DNA of 64,000 bases from Phycisphaerales bacterium (GTDB lineage: Bacteria; Planctomycetota; Phycisphaerae; Phycisphaerales; UBA1924). The notes beneath the pieces are model-generated. The model did not search any database. It worked only from the letters and a program-made list of their open reading frames with translations, and was not told the origin of the DNA. The stretch lies in NCBI GenBank assembly GCA_050174775.1, contig JBFXJP010000005.1:146135-210134 (forward strand), read 5' to 3'. Shown one piece after another: positions 48,480 through 57,789 of the stretch (positions are counted from its first letter, which is position 1; the number at the start of each line of letters is the position of its first letter). The translations under genes were made by a program, and so were the position numbers.

Positions 48480-48587
48480 GTTCGTCGCCTCCCTTCGCCC
48501 GCGACAGCCATGCTAGCCCACGCTCGTGCCCACCGGCCCGTTCTGTCGATGAGTAGACTGCATCGCCAACAGCGACAGGAGTCTTCG

Positions 48588-49124
48588 ATGCCCACCGCTC
48601 GCCGGATGTCCGCCCTCATCCCCACCCTCGCCGCCTCGCTCGCGATCGCCGCGACGCTGCCAGCCTGCGTCGGCGTCTCCACCAACCCCTCCATCTACGA
48701 CGATCCCAACGCGCGACCCGTCGCCTCCGCCGCCATCGTCGAGATCACCTCCGCGGCCGTGCGCCACGTCGTCTCCCGCTACCCCGTCCAAGGCCCCTAC
48801 GCCGTCAACCTCCCCTCCTCCATCCCCGATCACCAGGCCGAACTCATCATCAAACGACTCAACGACGACGCGAACCTCCTCACCGAGGCCACGCAATCAC
48901 TCCCCGTCTTCCATGTCGAGAGCGTCCGCGTCCTCGGCGATGAAGCCATCGTCCAGGTCCACCGCCCCGTCACCCTCGCCAGCGCCGAAGGAAAGCCCGT
49001 CACCCAGGCCATCGAGGTCAAGTGCCGCGGCGGTGTTCAGCCGTGGCGCGTCGTCGCAACGCGCGGCCTCATGCTCGGCGCCATCCCCGCCCCGCCCTAC
49101 TACCTCCGCGCATCCTCGAACTGA
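48588..49124 (+). CDS. Lipoprotein, function unknown
   Basis: ATG 48588. Lipobox AATLPAC. The upstream part of ORF 47844 is antisense to ubiX. Confidence 0.6.
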   Translation: MPTARRMSALIPTLAASLAIAATLPACVGVSTNPSIYDDPNARPVASAAIVEITSAAVRHVVSRYPVQGPYAVNLPSSIPDHQAELIIKRLNDDANLLTEATQSLPVFHVESVRVLGDEAIVQVHRPVTLASAEGKPVTQAIEVKCRGGVQPWRVVATRGLMLGAIPAPPYYLRASSN

Positions 49125-49136
49125 TCAACGCCCGCG

Positions 49137-49634
49137 TCAGTCCTGCGAACCGTCCCGCGGTCCGCCGCCGAGCACCGGCGAGAAGTCGCCCTCGGCCGCA
49201 GCTCCGCCAACGCGTTCCTCGGCCACCGCGATCTCGTGCAGACGAACGCCCAGCGACACCATCGTTGCCGCCTCGATCAACACCGAGCAGCCCGCGAGAT
49301 ACACGCCGTCGAGCACCTCCGACACGTGCGTCGCCGCCACGAGCACGGAGCACAGCTCCACACCGTCCGCCACGCACACCAGCCGGCACGCGCGATGCAA
49401 CTCCACCGGGCCGGGGCACAGCAAACCAAAGCCGCCTCGGCTCACGTCGCGGATGTGCACGAATTGTCTGGGCCTGCCCGCTCCGAACTCAGTGTGCGGA
49501 TCGAAGATCAGCGAGCCCTGCCCACGCACGCGAAACCGCTCGTGAGCGCGTCGGTTCTTGCCCGACCCTTGGTCCGCCATCTCGTCCAGCGCCCTGAGCG
49601 CTTCAAGCAGGCGCGTGGCCCCATCTTGACTCAT
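49137..49634 (-). CDS. PilZ-domain (c-di-GMP-binding) protein
   Basis: RRAHERFR (RxxxR) and DVSRGGFGL (D/NxSxxG) motifs with correct spacing. Start at ATG 49634. Confidence 0.7.
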   Translation of the reverse strand: MSQDGATRLLEALRALDEMADQGSGKNRRAHERFRVRGQGSLIFDPHTEFGAGRPRQFVHIRDVSRGGFGLLCPGPVELHRACRLVCVADGVELCSVLVAATHVSEVLDGVYLAGCSVLIEAATMVSLGVRLHEIAVAEERVGGAAAEGDFSPVLGGGPRDGSQD

Positions 49635-49791
49635 GGTGTACGTCTCCCATCCGCGATCCTGGCGAATGTCAACCACTCTTGAATCGGCACACACCGCACG
49701 CCCTATCTACTTTGCTCGGCGTTCTCCCCCCGTTTCTCCACGAATTCCTCAGAACTGAACGCCTCGCCCGCCGCCGATAAAACGCCCGGTC

Positions 49792-50274
49792 TTACCGCCC
49801 CTCGCGCCACGTCGCTGATAATTCCCGACCGTCCAGCGTCGTGAAGCGAATCAACAAACTCGTCCGCCCCGTCCCCAACGCCTCCTCGCGCCCCCCCGTC
49901 AGCGTCGCCACGTACATCCGTGTCACACGATCAAACTGCGCCGCGCTCGCGTCGCCCGTGCGCAAGTCCTTATGCCACAACGCTTGAGGCTGCTGCGCCT
50001 CCGTCGCGCCCCCACCCCGCGCCGCAAACTCCACCTCCCCCAACTCCCGCACGCTCTCCCCATACCGATCCAGCAACTCGAAATGCGCATCGATCCGGAG
50101 TGAACCATCCGGTTCTTTCACTATCCGCGTCAGCGGGTGAATCACCAGACGTTCCGCGCGGAACGGACTCGCACTCACTTCTGCGCCGTGGGAACCACCG
50201 GCGCGAGAGTGCGCGCACCCCGCACACCACCCCACGCACCCCAGAACCAGCGCTCCTGCATACCACGCGCGCAT
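49792..50274 (-). CDS. Lipoprotein (160 aa), phage-cassette distal gene
   Basis: Start MRAWYAGALVLGCVGWCAGC (lipobox), 3 nt after the stop of the upstream ORF. The longer 370-aa ORF prefix is shadow-like. Confidence 0.55.
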   Translation of the reverse strand: MRAWYAGALVLGCVGWCAGCAHSRAGGSHGAEVSASPFRAERLVIHPLTRIVKEPDGSLRIDAHFELLDRYGESVRELGEVEFAARGGGATEAQQPQALWHKDLRTGDASAAQFDRVTRMYVATLTGGREEALGTGRTSLLIRFTTLDGRELSATWREGR

Positions 50275-50276
50275 AC

Positions 50277-50588
50277 TCACGCCCCGAGTGTACCTCGCGC
50301 GCCCTCCCGCTCGCTCCCCCTCGATGCCTCCACCCGACCCGCCATCAACCCCCCGATCAGCCCCGACAACGACCGCTGCCCCGCCTCCACCGCCGCCACG
50401 GCCCGCGTGTTCTCCGTCACCACCGACATCAACGCCTCCAACTGCACCTTCTGCTCCATCACCCGCGCGTGCGCCTCGCCAAGCTGCGTCTCCCGCTGCA
50501 CCGCCCCGCGACGCTCCATCAGCCACATCCACGCGATCAGCCCCGCCGCCCCGAACTGCGCCAGCTCCGTCCACATCGCGCTCTCCAT
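50277..50588 (-). CDS. Small TM plus coiled-coil protein (i-spanin- or Mu gp25-like architecture)
   Basis: N-terminal TM LAQFGAAGLIAWMWLM, then a helical Q/E/R/A segment. 103 aa. Confidence 0.5.
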   Translation of the reverse strand: MESAMWTELAQFGAAGLIAWMWLMERRGAVQRETQLGEAHARVMEQKVQLEALMSVVTENTRAVAAVEAGQRSLSGLIGGLMAGRVEASRGSEREGARGTLGA

Positions 50589-50606
50589 CCCGATGCCTCC
50601 TCCCGC

Positions 50607-50978
50607 TTATGTCAGGCGCGCATAATCCGCCCGGTACGCCAGGCTGATCGCCCTCCCCCGGTCCACGCGCTCCTCCGGACGGAACGTCAGCAGCGTCATG
50701 CTCGACCACGTCCGCCCGTTGTTGTCCACCAGCGCGCCCGTCAGCTGCGATTCGCAGCGCGCCCGGATCGTCTCCACCTGCGTCCACAGGTCCGCCTCGT
50801 TCGCCCCGATCAGGCGCCCGGCCTGCTCGATCTGCACCTGCAGGTTCGCCGAGAACACCACGATCAGGTCCTGCAGCACGTCCACGCGCAGCGGCGGAAC
50901 CCACAGCTTCCCCACCTTCTTCAGCGCAAACCGGTGCGGCCCCGAATTGAACAACGACTGTCCCGCGATCGTGCTCAT
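50607..50978 (-). CDS. Phage-cassette hypothetical protein (123 aa)
   Basis: Normal composition. ATGA overlap with the upstream ORF at 50975-50978. Confidence 0.5.
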   Translation of the reverse strand: MSTIAGQSLFNSGPHRFALKKVGKLWVPPLRVDVLQDLIVVFSANLQVQIEQAGRLIGANEADLWTQVETIRARCESQLTGALVDNNGRTWSSMTLLTFRPEERVDRGRAISLAYRADYARLT

Positions 50979-51376
50979 CCCGCCACCTCCACCACAGGGT
51001 CCGCCGCGCCGTCCGACGAGATCGCCACCATCACGATCCGCTGCGTCGCGCCCCCCTTCGCGCTCAGCTCGTGCTCCACACTCTCCACCACCACGCTCGC
51101 CACGAACTCACGCGACCCAGCGTCCGTCCCCCCCGATCGCTTCCACCGCAGCTCGCCCGCCTCCCCCGTCTTCGCGGGCGCCGCTTCATCCGTCGTCAGC
51201 TGCCGTTTCAACCGGATCATCACGCGCTGCTCCGGCGCATCCGCGAACACCACGTGCGGCCCCTTGTCGCTCCGCTCCAGCGCCAATCCCCCCGACAGCC
51301 GATCCACCGTCAGCGCCTCCACGTTGTCCAGCGCCTTCCCCAGCAGCGTCACGCTCCCAGGCCGCACCACCAGCAT
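50975..51376 (-). CDS. Phage-cassette hypothetical protein (133 aa)
   Basis: Normal composition. 12-nt gap to the upstream ORF. Confidence 0.5.
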   Translation of the reverse strand: MLVVRPGSVTLLGKALDNVEALTVDRLSGGLALERSDKGPHVVFADAPEQRVMIRLKRQLTTDEAAPAKTGEAGELRWKRSGGTDAGSREFVASVVVESVEHELSAKGGATQRIVMVAISSDGAADPVVEVAG

Positions 51377-51388
51377 CCCGCACCTCCC

Positions 51389-52036
51389 TCACGCCCGCGT
51401 GAGACGCGTCACGCTCATCCGCCTCGTCGCATCCGCCACCCCGTCCCCGTTCAGATCGATCAACGCCGCCACGCGCTGCCGCTCCTCACGGAACCGCTCC
51501 CGATACGCCTCCGCCTTCGCCCACGTCGCCGACGTCTCGCCCACCATCGCGCTGGCGCTCGACAGGATCGCGTGCATCGCGCCCAGCGCCTCCACCCGCG
51601 CGAGCGACCCCGGATTCACGATCGAGGTCTCCCCCACCTCCCCAAGCTGCCCCACGCTCCCCGGCTCGATCCCCAGCATCCGCAGCACCTGCCCGTGCGC
51701 CACGCTCAACTGCGCCCGGAACGTCATCACCACCAGCGTCGCGCCCGACATCGTCCCCGGCGGGATCGCAACCCCGCCCGCCTCCTCCCGCACGCGCGAC
51801 ACCGTCAGCTGCGTCGCGCTCAACCGCGCCACCACCTCCATCACCGCGCCGTTCACCAGCGCCACGTGCCCCGCCGTCACCCCCGCCGTCACGAAGTCGC
51901 TCCCCGCGCTCGTCAGCGTCGTCCCCGACACGCTCACCCCGCTCGCCTCCACCACGCGCTGCGCCGACCACCCCACCTCCCGAAACAACCCCGGCTCCAG
52001 CACCAGCAGATCCCTGTCCGTTGCGAACCCCATCAC
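51389..52036 (-). CDS. Phage-cassette hypothetical protein (215 aa), possible head-completion/adaptor protein
   Basis: Sits directly downstream of the capsid gene. Begins ..FATDRDLLVLEPGLF, reminiscent of head-tail connector N-termini (weak). Confidence 0.5.
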   Translation of the reverse strand: MMGFATDRDLLVLEPGLFREVGWSAQRVVEASGVSVSGTTLTSAGSDFVTAGVTAGHVALVNGAVMEVVARLSATQLTVSRVREEAGGVAIPPGTMSGATLVVMTFRAQLSVAHGQVLRMLGIEPGSVGQLGEVGETSIVNPGSLARVEALGAMHAILSSASAMVGETSATWAKAEAYRERFREERQRVAALIDLNGDGVADATRRMSVTRLTRA

Positions 52037-52155
52037 ACCCCCCTTCCTCGATCACCCTTCCGTCAATCCCGCCGGCAGCGCCGCGGCGCCGCCGACGAGC
52101 CACGCGCGCAAAAGCCCACACCCCCGCGCGCGTCCCCCCTCCCCTTCCCGCAATC

Positions 52156-53328
52156 TCAACTCGTCGCCAACCCGCTCAGCACGCCGTGCGCGTTCTCGTT
52201 GCGGAACTCCAGCGTGTACTCACCGATCACCTGCCCCGCCTCGCTGTCCCCCGTCACCGCGTGCGGCTTGTACTGGAAGCTCCGTCCCGCCAGCGGCAGC
52301 ACGTCCACGCGCGACGAATCCAACAAGAGCGCCATGTCCGGCGGCATCCACCGGCTCAGGATCACCCGCGCCACACCGAAATCGCTCTCGTACACGCTCA
52401 CCAGCTCGCGGAACTTCGTGTCGCCGGGTGTGTACCCCACGTTCCCCGTCACGAACGAGTTGATCTTCCGTTTCTGGAAACCACCCACCACGATCGTGTC
52501 GATCTGCCCCGCCGAACTCTCCCACACGCGCCGCAGCGCCGCGTTCAGCACGTCCTCCGTCAGCCCGTTGTTCCCGCCCCCCGACCCCTGCGGCATGCCC
52601 CCCGCGCCCGGCTGCATCTTGTTCGTCACGATCGACGACAGCACCCCCCGCATCGTGCGCCGCACCGTCGACGAGCCCTGCTGCGTCGTGCTCGGCGCCA
52701 CCCCGTTCAGCACGCAGTTCTCCAGATCGCGCAGCAGCTCCCGCACGCGCTCCTGCTTCTGATAGTCCAGCTCGTCCTGCACCCCGATCGACTTCACCGC
52801 AAGCTGCGACCCCGACACCTCCACCGACGCGGTCAGGATCTGCGTGAAATTCGTCCGCCGGACGCGGCTCGTGAACCGCGCCGCAGGCCGCGCATCTCCC
52901 TCCAGCGCCGCGTTCCCGATGATCAGCAGCTTCATGTCGTCCGCCAGCGCCGTCGCCGTCGTGCCCCCGTACCCGCGCTGCACCGTCAACGCGTTCCCGA
53001 TCACGCCCGTCACCAGCATCACCTCGCCCGACGTCCCGGGCCGCACCTGATCGCCGACCTGAAACCGCGAGCCGTTGTCCACCACGAAGCTCGTCGCCGC
53101 CGTCGCGTTCGGCGTGAAGCTCGACTGATTCACCTGGTCCGTGTTGGGCAACAGCGCATCCTCCACCCACTCGTGCACCGTGCTCCGCGCCACCCGCGCC
53201 GGATCACCCAGGTGATCCAGCAGCGGCGTCTCGAACGGCGACACGATCCCGATGATGTCGCTCACGTCCTCCGCAATCTCCGGCAGATCCGCCCCCGCAC
53301 CGTACGTCGCCTTCCCCGTAAACGGCAT
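52156..53328 (-). CDS. Phage major capsid protein (SU10/DUF5309-like, from memory)
   Basis: 390 aa. N-terminal DIIGIVSPFETPLLDHLGD...STVHEWVEDAL resembles the signature of that capsid family. Position after the portal and scaffold genes supports the call. Confidence 0.75.
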   Translation of the reverse strand: MPFTGKATYGAGADLPEIAEDVSDIIGIVSPFETPLLDHLGDPARVARSTVHEWVEDALLPNTDQVNQSSFTPNATAATSFVVDNGSRFQVGDQVRPGTSGEVMLVTGVIGNALTVQRGYGGTTATALADDMKLLIIGNAALEGDARPAARFTSRVRRTNFTQILTASVEVSGSQLAVKSIGVQDELDYQKQERVRELLRDLENCVLNGVAPSTTQQGSSTVRRTMRGVLSSIVTNKMQPGAGGMPQGSGGGNNGLTEDVLNAALRRVWESSAGQIDTIVVGGFQKRKINSFVTGNVGYTPGDTKFRELVSVYESDFGVARVILSRWMPPDMALLLDSSRVDVLPLAGRSFQYKPHAVTGDSEAGQVIGEYTLEFRNENAHGVLSGLATS

Positions 53329-53405
53329 TCCCGCATCCTCCCTTGTGTTGCTCTCGTCTCACCCACTCCGCGCGCACGCCACCCGCGACACGCGCTCCAC
53401 CCGAC

Positions 53406-53963
53406 TCACCGACCGCGCTTCAGACGCAGGTACCGCAGCAACGCGCCGCGATCACCCGTCACCGCGGCCTCCTCAGCCGCATCCTCCAATGCGCTGCTCC
53501 AACGCTCCCCCACTCGACCGCTCATCACCGACGCCCCCGCGCCGCTCACATGCCCATGCCCGAACAACCAACCCTTCGTCCGCTTCAAGTCCTCGATCGC
53601 CACCGCCACATCCGGCGCATCCATCTCCTCCACCGCGGCCTCCGTCAGCAGCCGCGCCGCCGCGATGTCCACCGCCCCGGCCTCGGCCAGACAACACTCG
53701 ATCTGCCGCTTCCGCTCGCTCGCGTCCAACGCCTCCCGCGCCGCCTCCAGATCCTCCAACGCGCCCGCCAACTTCCCCTTCAACTCTTCCACAAGCGCCT
53801 CCGCCTCGAGCGCCCGCTTCCGCCAGCGCTGCTCCTCCGTCACCACCTCCACATCACCAGCCCCCCCCTCACCACCCGGCCCCGGCCCTCCACCGCCACC
53901 CTCCAGCGGCGGACCCCCGCCCCCACCCTCACCATCTCCCAAACCACCCGCACCAGGCATCAC
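53406..53963 (-). CDS. Phage scaffolding-like protein
   Basis: 185 aa. Gly-rich N-terminus, then an acidic coiled coil (EEQRWRKRALEAEALVEELKGKLAGALEDLEAAREAL). Lies between the portal and capsid genes. Confidence 0.6.
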   Translation of the reverse strand: MMPGAGGLGDGEGGGGGPPLEGGGGGPGPGGEGGAGDVEVVTEEQRWRKRALEAEALVEELKGKLAGALEDLEAAREALDASERKRQIECCLAEAGAVDIAAARLLTEAAVEEMDAPDVAVAIEDLKRTKGWLFGHGHVSGAGASVMSGRVGERWSSALEDAAEEAAVTGDRGALLRYLRLKRGR

Positions 53964-53986
53964 TCGCTCCTTTCATTTCACAGCGC

Positions 53987-55403
53987 TCAGACCACGCCCT
54001 CATCCCCCACCGCATACCCCAGCTCCGCCAGCGCCACGCTCGCCGGCACGCCCAGCTCGCGCTTCAGCCGCGCTTCCTCCAGCCGCTCGCGCTCGCTCCG
54101 GGGCAGCGCGTCCGGCCACACCACCCGCACCCTCCGCTCCGCCTCGCTCGTCCGGAACACCCCCATCCGGTCCAGCGCCGTCAGCGCCATCCGGCTCATC
54201 TCCGCGATCCCGCGCCCGTACGTCACGCGCTTCCGCGCCGTCTTCGTCACCAGCCCCTGCAGCGTCACCCGCAACGCGTTCTCGCTCGACAGATTCCCCA
54301 CCTTCGACAGCACCCCCGTCACGATCGGCGTCACGCTCGACGCCTTGTCCATCGCCTCACGCACCTCCCGGATGTGCGCCTCCTCCGACGGCGACGCCAT
54401 GTCCCCCCCGATCGCGTCCACGCTCGCCTGCTCGTTGTCCGTCCACCACACCATCCCCGCCCCGATCGGCGCCGCGTCCACCGGCTCCAGCCCCTTCGCG
54501 AGATACATCTGGAAACTCTGCATCGTCACCCGATGCGCCCGGTCCGACAGCCTCGTGTTCAGCTCGTCCTGCAGCGGGATCAGCGGCTCCACCTCCCCGA
54601 ACCCCGAATACTCGAGCGGCTGCGCGATGTTCTGCACGTGCGCGATCGGAACCTCCCCGAGCCCGTGCTCCTCCTCCTCGCGCAGCCTCCCGTCCACGTA
54701 CAACTGCCGCGCCCGCGCCGAGAACACCTCCACCACCTCTTCCCGACCGCGCTGCGCGCTCGACCTCCACTTCATCCCGAACCGCGCCAGCGCGGCACGC
54801 CCGCGATCCGCCTCCCGCACCACCTCCGTCGTCTCGCGCTCAAACCGCACCACGTACGCGTCCAGCGCCCGGTAGTCCCGCGCGCTCACCAGCGGGATCC
54901 CGCGCGTCGGCTCCACCACCTCGATCCTAACCCCCGCGCCCCGCCGTCCGCAGCAGCAGGTCCACGTGCCCGTACACCGCGCCCAACAGCGCCATGTCCT
55001 GCAGCAGCGCGATCCCGCCGGACCCCTCCCACACCCCGTCCAGCACACGCGCGATCTCCTCGCGCCGACCCGCGTCCTCCACCTGCGCCGCCACCGTCAC
55101 CGGCCGCCCGAACATGAAGTCCACCATCGCATGCACCCGCCACGCGATGTCATTCTCGACCACGCGCTCCTTCTGATCATCCCGATCATCCTGCCCGCGC
55201 TTCCGACGCTTGAACCGGCTGGGCAGCCCCTCCTCCTGCGCCAAACGCCCGCGCCCCGAACCATTCTCCACCCGCGCATTGCGGTAATACGCCCACAACC
55301 GACGCATCCCCGGCACGCGCCGCCTCTCGTGCTCCTCGATCAGCACGCCCAGCAGCGCCGCGTCCAGACCCACCTCCGCAAACGGCCCCAGCGAATAAGC
55401 CAC
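53987..55403 (-). pseudogene. Phage portal protein interrupted by a +1 frameshift
   Basis: N-terminal 158-aa ORF (54927-55403) and C-terminal ORF (53987-55048) are in different frames. They join at a G5 run (C5 at 54931-35 on the plus strand; minus-strand GGGGGTTAG spans 54927-54935). Joined length is about 470 aa. Confidence 0.6.
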
Positions 55404-55579
55404 GCGCGAGCCCTCCTCTCACCCTCCCCGTCCCAGGCCCGCCCGCGTGCGCACCCACACCGCTCCTCCGCCCCACGCGCACGCCAAAACGCCCGCCGCG
55501 TCAGCGAAAAAAATCCTCAATCGCTCTGGAGCCCCCGCCCCCCGAAAGCCGCCCCGCGCGCACAACCCCGCGACGTCAC

Positions 55580-55861
55580 TCAGCCCGCCGCGGCGTCCGC
55601 CTCCTCCAACAGCTCCACTCGGCTGTACCGGTCCAGGTTCACCACCACCCGCTCCCCGTCATCCTTCTTCAGCTCCAGCCGGTCCAGCCACAGCTTGTCG
55701 TCCTTGCTGTGCGCAAACCACGACCCCGTCTTCTGCTGGCCGAAGCGCACCACGACCCCCTCGACGTCGATCGTCATCACGTCCTTGATCCGCGGGATCT
55801 GCTGCGTCACGCGCACCCGCTGACCAACCCGGTATTCATGAGGCTCAAGCGCTCGTCCCAT
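55580..55861 (-). CDS. Small hypothetical protein (93 aa)
   Basis: Beta-rich, well-balanced composition. Lies 36 nt downstream of the flgM-like gene and 176 nt upstream of the portal gene. Confidence 0.5.
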   Translation of the reverse strand: MGRALEPHEYRVGQRVRVTQQIPRIKDVMTIDVEGVVVRFGQQKTGSWFAHSKDDKLWLDRLELKKDDGERVVVNLDRYSRVELLEEADAAAG

Positions 55862-55897
55862 ACGCCCCGAGTCTACAGCCGCGCCCCCGGCCCCGCG

Positions 55898-56212
55898 TCA
55901 CGCCCGCAGATCGATCTCGCGCGTCAACGCGCTCACCGTGGCGTCCACCACCTCATGGCTCTCATAGAACCCCGAGGCGATCCGCTCCCGGGCCCGCGCA
56001 ATCACATCCTCACGCACGTCCGGCAGCTCCTTCAACTTCGCCAGAAACAACGCTCGATCCGACAACTCCACCCGGTCCTCATCACCCGCCCGACCCGCGC
56101 TCACCGAGGGCTGACTCGCGCCGATGCTCCGGTCCGCGCGCCCACCACTCCGAACCGATTCCACCCGGGAAAAACCAACCTCGTGCACGCCATTGATCGT
56201 AAAGTCTGACAT
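55898..56212 (-). CDS. flgM: Anti-sigma-28 factor FlgM-like protein
   Basis: 104 aa. C-terminal VELSDRALFLAKLKELPDVREDVIARARERIASGFYESHEVVD fits the FlgM pattern V.LS..A....LP.VR.dkV..lk.aI.sG.Y. Confidence 0.7.
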   Translation of the reverse strand: MSDFTINGVHEVGFSRVESVRSGGRADRSIGASQPSVSAGRAGDEDRVELSDRALFLAKLKELPDVREDVIARARERIASGFYESHEVVDATVSALTREIDLRA

Positions 56213-56526
56213 GAGCGTCCCGTCTGTTCCCTGCCGGCCCGCCCGAGACTCCGCTCGAACCGCGCCGTCTCGCGCCGCGCCACACCGGCCGCGACACGAA
56301 ATCCCCCGAATCCCGCCGCCGTGATCGGGCCGCTCCCGCGAACCCGCCTCAGGACACTCGCCCAAGGCCCACCTCACGACGACACCCACACTATCGTCCC
56401 CCAGACCGAGAACCCTGCAATCCTTCCCACCACGATTCCACATCACCTAAACCTAAGTCAAGCAACCACTTACATCGGATAACCGCCACCGGACTTCCAC
56501 CCGATTTTCTGCCAAGAGTCACTCCC

Positions 56527-57327
56527 ATGACCCCCAGATCTTGCCCAAATACACACCGAACAAATCTCCTCCTCTTTGCCGCCCTCTTTCTCCTCCTCCT
56601 CCCCCTCGCGCCCACCCACGCCCAGTCCCACAAGAAGGACTCCTCCTCAAACTCCTCCACCTCCACCCCGGAAGGCTGGACCATCGTCCTCGCTACCTAC
56701 GCCGGCCCCGATCACGCCGGGCTCGCGGCGGGCGCGGCCGAGCAGATCCGCACGCTCACTCCTCTGAAGGACGTCCAAACCCAGAACCGAGGCAAGGGCT
56801 CCGTGGTCGTGCTGGGCTCATACCCCTCCCCGGCGGACCCTCAGGCTCAAAAAGACCTCCTGGCCGTCCGCAACACACTCCTTGAAGAGCGCCCCCTCTT
56901 CCTGGCCGCGTTCCTCGCGCCACCGCGCACGCCTTCGGAAGCGGATCCGGGCTCCGCGGCTCCCTTCCCCCTCTCCACCGCCCGAGCCGAGTTCTCCCCC
57001 TACGCCCGCTACACACTTCAGATCGCCATCTACGAATCGCCCAACCTCGACGAGGCCAGAAAGGCCGCGGAAAAAGCCGCGCTCCAACTCCGACGCGACG
57101 GCGAGCCCGCCTTCTACTACCACGGCCCCACCGCCTCCCTGGTCACCCTCGGCGCCTTCACCGACGCCGACGCCGGCATCTCCAAGCCCATCGAGTCACC
57201 GCTCCTTGCCCAGCTTCGCAAACGACACCCCCACAATCTCTACAACGGCAACCAGCAGCTCCTCCAGAAGACCCCGGGCGCCAAGGACAAGACCCCTCAG
57301 CCCTCGTTCCTTGTCGAGATCCCCTGA
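56527..57327 (+). CDS. Secreted protein with two SPOR-like domains
   Basis: Signal peptide LLLFAALFLLLLPLAPTHA. GWTIVLATYAGPDHAG...SVVVLGSY and YTLQIAIYESPNLDEARKAAEK...LVTLGAF resemble SPOR repeats. Confidence 0.55.
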   Translation: MTPRSCPNTHRTNLLLFAALFLLLLPLAPTHAQSHKKDSSSNSSTSTPEGWTIVLATYAGPDHAGLAAGAAEQIRTLTPLKDVQTQNRGKGSVVVLGSYPSPADPQAQKDLLAVRNTLLEERPLFLAAFLAPPRTPSEADPGSAAPFPLSTARAEFSPYARYTLQIAIYESPNLDEARKAAEKAALQLRRDGEPAFYYHGPTASLVTLGAFTDADAGISKPIESPLLAQLRKRHPHNLYNGNQQLLQKTPGAKDKTPQPSFLVEIP

Positions 57328-57789
57328 CTCGGCGCCACCGTCAGGTTTTCCCCCATCGTCCGGAAACGCACTTTCCGGCCCGACACGCGCGATTTCTCTT
57401 GCAGAACCTTCGCGCTCAGGTATGCTCAAAAAGTCTTGCCACGCGCCTTTGCACAGGGACGTGGCAGTAGCGAGTAGAGAGAGCGCTGCGCACAGCGCGA
57501 CCGGGCTACGTCTTGCGTGCATCCCTCCGGTGATGCACGAAGCGTCCCGCGCATCGCGCGTCCTGCGCACCCCCCCTACACGCGGCGCTGCCACGCTCAA
57601 CGGCATTCGTTCCGACGCGCCGCACAACGCGCCGGAACTCCAACGTGGCAGAGCCGCCCGGCCCGTTAACTCGGTTCGGGAGGCTTCAACGTCAGGCGAC
57701 CTGGGGCGTTGAGGCCCACCACACGGGCCAGGTGAGAGGGACGCGTTGTGAACCCCAGCGCACCGCACACTGCCGCCTGACGAAATTCA

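Larger units (their letters stand above)
49792..55403 (-). mobile_element. Phage-derived head-morphogenesis cassette (no terminase, tail or integrase genes)
   Basis: Co-oriented chain of portal, scaffold, major capsid, three small ORFs, a TM/coiled-coil ORF and a lipoprotein, with short gaps or overlaps. Confidence 0.6.

Noticed and set aside
47844-48587. N-terminal 248 codons of the 426-aa plus-strand ORF
   Set aside because: This part is antisense to ubiX with Arg/His/Pro-rich translation. Only the lipoprotein part from ATG 48588 looks real.
49920-54930. 847-aa and 969-aa plus-strand ORFs (and other plus-strand ORFs) over the head cassette
   Set aside because: They are extremely Pro/Arg/Ser/Thr/Ala-rich. 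The minus-strand frames give balanced proteins with portal/scaffold/capsid order and tight gene junctions.
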